Of a stretch of 19,514 nucleotides of DNA, positions 15,778 to 19,514 are shown piece after piece. The first letter of the stretch is position 1, and each line of letters begins with the position of its first letter. The notes under the pieces were generated by a model, which saw nothing but the letters and a program-made list of their open reading frames with translations, did not search any database and was not told where the DNA came from. This DNA is from Candidatus Fervidifonticultor quintus (GTDB taxonomy: Bacteria > Sysuimicrobiota > Sysuimicrobiia > Sysuimicrobiales > Humicultoraceae): NCBI GenBank assembly GCA_031459535.1, contig JAVKIJ010000059.1:1-19514 (forward strand), in the 5' to 3' direction. Position numbers and translations under genes: made by a program.

Positions 15778-16634
15778 CACCCGACACCAACACCGACCGG
15801 CTCAGAGACCCTCGAGAGGAACTCGCGCACGACGGCATTGAAGGCGTCGGCGTTCTCGATGAAGGGGGCGTGTCCTGCGCCCGGCATCAGGTGCGTCCGG
15901 GCATGGCGGATGACCCGCGCGACGGCAGCCGCTTGGTCCACGGGCACCACGCGGTCGCGCGTCCCCCAGATCAGCAGCGTCGGCGCCGTGACGCGCTCGG
16001 CGGCGGTGCGCACCCTAGCGATCACCTCGGGGCGGATGCCCCGGAGGCCGACGGTGGCACGGACGATCCGCAGGCAGGAGGCCCCGGCCGCGCCCTGGGT
16101 AAACGCGCGCCGGGCGGTCTCGACCAGGACCGGCGGCAGGTGGGTGCGGCGGACGAGGGCGCTGCGGACGCCCAGGACCGGAGCACGCCGGATCGCCGCC
16201 ACGCAGACCTCGCCCACCAGCGGCAGCGTGGCCAGGCGCGTGGCCGCGGGCACGCGGGGTGCGAATCCGGCGGGCGCGGACAGGATCAGGGCCGAACACC
16301 GCCCGGGCACCCGGCCCGCAGCCATGGCGGCGATGGCGCCGCCCAGGGACGATCCAATGAACGCCGCGCTGCGGATGCGCAGCGCGTCCATGAACGAGAG
16401 CAGGAATGCCGCGGCTCCTTCAGGGGCGAAGGCCGTGGGGACCGGGTCCGAGAAGCCGAACCCCGGGAAATCGAAGGCGACGACGGTGTACCGGTCCCGC
16501 AGGCCGGCGATGGTCCAGGCCCACGATTCGATGAACGCACCGAGACCGTGCACGAGGAGCACGGCCGGACCCGTGCCCTCCACCCGGTACCGGATCCGGG
16601 CCCCGGCGATGTCAATGAAGCGGTCTTGGGCCAT
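15774..16634 (-). CDS. Alpha/beta-fold hydrolase (MhpC/MenH-like), ~286 aa
   Basis: ATG at 16634 after AAGGGGA. Motifs: LLVHGLG, DFPGFGFS, nucleophile GSSLGG, LIWGTRDRVVP, GAGHAP. The Ser/Asp/His triad is intact. Confidence 0.9.
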   Translation of the reverse strand: MAQDRFIDIAGARIRYRVEGTGPAVLLVHGLGAFIESWAWTIAGLRDRYTVVAFDFPGFGFSDPVPTAFAPEGAAAFLLSFMDALRIRSAAFIGSSLGGAIAAMAAGRVPGRCSALILSAPAGFAPRVPAATRLATLPLVGEVCVAAIRRAPVLGVRSALVRRTHLPPVLVETARRAFTQGAAGASCLRIVRATVGLRGIRPEVIARVRTAAERVTAPTLLIWGTRDRVVPVDQAAAVARVIRHARTHLMPGAGHAPFIENADAFNAVVREFLSRVSEPVGVGVGW

Positions 16635-17505
16635 GGGCAATCCCCTTGGGGGTCGCATGGCGGCGGCCGGTCTGGAGCCGTGCCAGTCGTCTCAGATTCT
16701 TCCTGTCAGGCCCGGTTCGGTCGAACCCGGGGGTTTCGATGATCCCCGGCAGCGGTCGGATCCGCGGGTGGGTGACGATGGCGCGAAATCCGTCCATGCC
16801 AATCCAGCCCTCACCGATGTTCTGATGGCGGTCTATGCGCGAGCCAAGCCCGGCCGCCGAGTCGTTGAGATGGAAGAGCCGCACGCGGTCCCACCCAATG
16901 GCACCGGCCACGGCCGTCACCATGGCGTCCACACCCTCGGCGGCCCGCAGATCCCACCCGGCGGCAAACAGATGCGCGGTGTCCAGGCAGACGCCGACAC
17001 GGCGGTCGCCACCAAGCAGATCCAGGAGCGCGGCGAGATCCTCAAGATCCGCGCCCAGCGTCCCGCCCGCTCCGGCGCTGTTCTCGAGGAGCAGCATGGC
17101 GCGGTCGGTCCCGGCAAGAGCGCTGCGCACCGACGCCGCGGCCCGCGCCAGGGCCACGGGACGTGGCGCGTCCATCCGGCTGCCGAGGTGCGTAACCGCA
17201 CCGAGCCCGTCGAGCCGCTCGACGCCCTGCAGGGTGGCCAGGAGCGATCGTACAGATCGCCGGCGGATGTCCCGTGACGGTGCGGCCAGGTTGATCAGGT
17301 ACGCCGCGTGCGCCACCAAGGGCTCGAGCCCTGCGGCCCGGCGCTTCTCCGCGAACCGGGCGAGCACTTGCGGCGGATAGGCCGCCGGGCGCCACTGGCG
17401 CGGTGACCCGTAGAAGATCTGCAGGCACTGGCAACCGATGGCGAGCGCACGGTCGACGGCCAGGTCCAGCGATCCGCTGACGGAGACGTGGGCACCCAGG
17501 CGCAT
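16612..17505 (-). CDS. nfo: Deoxyribonuclease IV (AP endonuclease IV)
   Basis: LGAHVS, QIF..SPRQW, HAAYLINLA, HLGS, LLLENSAG, CLDTAHLFAAG, HLNDS, DRH..IGEG, ETP. These are the EndoIV trinuclear-Zn motifs. Confidence 0.95.
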   Translation of the reverse strand: MRLGAHVSVSGSLDLAVDRALAIGCQCLQIFYGSPRQWRPAAYPPQVLARFAEKRRAAGLEPLVAHAAYLINLAAPSRDIRRRSVRSLLATLQGVERLDGLGAVTHLGSRMDAPRPVALARAAASVRSALAGTDRAMLLLENSAGAGGTLGADLEDLAALLDLLGGDRRVGVCLDTAHLFAAGWDLRAAEGVDAMVTAVAGAIGWDRVRLFHLNDSAAGLGSRIDRHQNIGEGWIGMDGFRAIVTHPRIRPLPGIIETPGFDRTGPDRKNLRRLARLQTGRRHATPKGIAHGPRPLH

Positions 17506-17551
17506 GGGTTACTCGATGCTTCTCCGATTCCGCGCGTCAGCCCTGCCCGCG

Positions 17552-17581
17552 TTGACAGTGCCGTCGCGTCGTTTCTATCAT
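17552..17581 (+). promoter_or_regulatory. Sigma70/SigA-type promoter
   Basis: TTGACA (17552-17557), an 18-nt spacer and TATCAT (17576-17581) in the divergent nfo/EamA intergenic gap. This is a perfect -35 and a 5/6 -10 in otherwise very GC-rich DNA. Confidence 0.8.
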
Positions 17582-17587
17582 GGGCGG

Positions 17588-18505
17588 GTGGTCGAGGATG
17601 CACGCGGTCCGCACCCGCTGGTCGCCGACCTGGCGTTGCTGGCCGTCGCCGGGTTCTGGGGCCTGACCTTCCCGCTGGGCAAGATCGTCCTGGCGGTCCT
17701 CGGACCGTTCACCTACCTGGCGGTCCGCTTCACGATCGGGGCCCTGCTCATCGTGACGGGCACGCCGTCGGACCGGCTGACCATGGCGTGGCAGCGGTGG
17801 GCCCAGGCGCTCGGGGTCGGGACGGTGTTCTTCCTCGGATATGCCTTCCAGACCGTCGGCCTGCGCCTGACGACGGCCTCGAAGACCGCGTTCATCACCG
17901 GGCTGTCCACGGTGATCGTGCCGGTCATCTCCGCCGTGTGGCTGCGCCGGCCGCCGCGGGCCGGTGTGCTGGCCGGGATTCTGCTGGCGAGCGGGGGCCT
18001 CGCGCTCCTCACGCTCACCGAGGCGGTCGCCGTCCAGACCGGCGACTGGCTGGTATTGGGCTGCGCGGTCTGCTTTGCGTTCCACATCGTGCTCGTCGGC
18101 CGCCTGGCGCGGGCCATCGAGCCCCTGGCGTTCGCCGCCGCCCAGGTGGTCCCGGTGGGGCTCTTCAGCACGCTGGCCGCCGTTCCCGAGCGACCGCTGC
18201 TCGGCCTGGTCTCCGCCGGCGCTGCGGTGTGGGCCATGATCGTCTTCATGGCCGCCACCGGTACCGTCTTCGCCATGCTGGTGCAGACCTGGGCGCAGCG
18301 GTACACCACCCCGTCCCACGTCGGGCTGGTGTTCACCTTCGAGCCGGTGGCCGCCGCGCTGGCGGCGTACCTCATCCTGGGCGAAGTCCCCTCGGCCAGA
18401 CAGGCCGTCGGCGCCGCCCTGATCCTCGCAGGGATTCTGGCGTCGGAACTGAACCTGACCCCACGGGACGTCCGCCATCCACGATCGCCGGAGGGGAGAC
18501 CATGA
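17588..18505 (+). CDS. DMT/EamA-family transporter, ~305 aa
   Basis: Two-repeat hydrophobic protein: FWGLTFPLGK, AVRF, YAFQTVGL..TTASKTAFITGL..VIVP, GDWLVL.CA, VQTWAQRY, FTFEPVAA..LGE. The in-frame GTG at 17588 is chosen because the ORF-track start overlaps nfo. Confidence 0.9.
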   Translation: MVEDARGPHPLVADLALLAVAGFWGLTFPLGKIVLAVLGPFTYLAVRFTIGALLIVTGTPSDRLTMAWQRWAQALGVGTVFFLGYAFQTVGLRLTTASKTAFITGLSTVIVPVISAVWLRRPPRAGVLAGILLASGGLALLTLTEAVAVQTGDWLVLGCAVCFAFHIVLVGRLARAIEPLAFAAAQVVPVGLFSTLAAVPERPLLGLVSAGAAVWAMIVFMAATGTVFAMLVQTWAQRYTTPSHVGLVFTFEPVAAALAAYLILGEVPSARQAVGAALILAGILASELNLTPRDVRHPRSPEGRP

Positions 18506-19514
18506 CCACGGCCCGGCCTGCGGCCCGAGGATTCCAGACCCGCGCCATTCACGGAGGCACGATCCGGGACCCGCTGAAGGCGGTGAGCCCGTCCATCCAC
18601 CAGACCTCCACGTTTCGGTTCGACACGATGGCGGAAGGCGCCGCACTGGGGGCTGACCGGGGCACGGGGTGGTACTACACCCGTTGGGGCAATCCCACCA
18701 CGCGGCTGTTCGAGGAGCTGGCGGCTGACCTCGAAGGCGGCGAGGACGCCCTGGCCACCGCCTCGGGCATGGGCGCCATCTCGACCGCCATCCTGACGGT
18801 GCTGACGCCTGGCTCGCACATCGTCTCGCCGCGCGCGGTCTACCAGGCGACGTTTCAACTGTTGATGGAGATCGTGCCCCAGTACGGCGTGGAGGTGACG
18901 CTCATCGACAGCGTGGAGCCCGCCGCTTACGCGGAAGCGGTGCGTGCCAACACCAGGCTGCTCTACATCGAGACGCCCAACAACCCTCTCATGCAGGTCA
19001 CTGACATCGCGGCCGTGGTGGCGCTTGCCCGGCAGGCTGGCGCCGTGACCATCGCCGATAACACCTTCGCGTCACCGTTCAACCAGACGCCGCTTGCGCT
19101 GGGGGTGGACCTGGTGGTCCACAGCGCCACCAAGTACCTGGGCGGGCACCACGACGTCACCGCCGGCGTGATCGCCGGCCGTCGTGACCTGGTCCGGCGG
19201 GCGGTGCGCACCATGCGCATCCTGGGTCCGGTGCTGGATCCCTTCGCTGCCTGGCTGCTGGTCCGGGGCATGCGGACCCTGGGCGTGCGGATGGAGCGCC
19301 ACAACCAGAACGCCCAGCGCCTGGCGGAATTCCTGGTCGCGCACCCGCGGGTGGAACGGGTGCACTACCCGGGGCTGCCCTCGCATCCCCAGCATGACGT
19401 CGCCCGGCGGCAGATGCGCGGGTACGGCGGCATGCTATCGTTCGAGGTGCGCGGGGGGTTCGACGCCGGCGTGCGGTGCGTGGAGAGCCTGCGGCTGGCC
19501 TCCCTGGCTGTGAG
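18502..19514 (+). CDS. PLP-dependent transsulfuration-family enzyme (methionine gamma-lyase / cystathionine gamma-synthase or lyase-like), 3'-truncated
   Basis: Not in the ORF track because there is no stop in the window. ATG 18502 follows GGAGGGGAG with an ATGA overlap. My translation gives TRAIHGG..IHQTSTF..YYTRWGNPT..LEGGE..ASGMGAI..IETPNNP..DNTFASP..HSATKYLGGHHD..RGMRTL..HYPGL..GGMLSF. Confidence 0.92.
   Translation, partial: MTTARPAARGFQTRAIHGGTIRDPLKAVSPSIHQTSTFRFDTMAEGAALGADRGTGWYYTRWGNPTTRLFEELAADLEGGEDALATASGMGAISTAILTVLTPGSHIVSPRAVYQATFQLLMEIVPQYGVEVTLIDSVEPAAYAEAVRANTRLLYIETPNNPLMQVTDIAAVVALARQAGAVTIADNTFASPFNQTPLALGVDLVVHSATKYLGGHHDVTAGVIAGRRDLVRRAVRTMRILGPVLDPFAAWLLVRGMRTLGVRMERHNQNAQRLAEFLVAHPRVERVHYPGLPSHPQHDVARRQMRGYGGMLSFEVRGGFDAGVRCVESLRLASLAV

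Noticed and set aside
1-19514. CRISPR arrays, tRNA/rRNA, IS elements, prophage or defence genes, riboswitches
   Set aside because: I saw no regularly spaced repeats, no transposase or integrase motifs and no obvious compositional shift. Intergenic gaps are at most 152 nt and show no recognisable RNA motif by eye. A covariance-model search would be needed to exclude small RNAs formally.

Overview
A very GC-rich, densely coding bacterial window with 19 CDS, two of them truncated by the window edges. I found no RNA genes, mobile elements or CRISPR arrays. The first ~15.5 kb is a peptide/amide scavenging region. It holds two tandem M29-fold (aminopeptidase T-like) genes, an Asp/Glu/hydantoin racemase, a DmpA/P1-family self-cleaving peptidase, an ArgE/DapE (M20) deacylase, and three family-5 (Dpp/Opp) ABC modules (binding protein + two permeases), none with an ATPase gene. 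The right end has a small B-box-like zinc-finger membrane protein, an alpha/beta hydrolase and endonuclease IV (nfo). Divergent from nfo are an EamA/DMT transporter and a PLP-dependent transsulfuration-family lyase, which is missing from the ORF track because it runs off the window. The main points of interest are four. (1) The second M29 paralog has lost the dinuclear peptidase ligands and carries a His/His/Asp set like that of the NicX Fe(II) dioxygenase. (2) All three ABC modules lack an ATPase. (3) A near-consensus sigma70 promoter predicts a leaderless EamA-lyase mRNA. (4) The P1 peptidase and the PLP lyase have atypical active-site motifs. All family calls come from motif recognition by eye; no searches were run.
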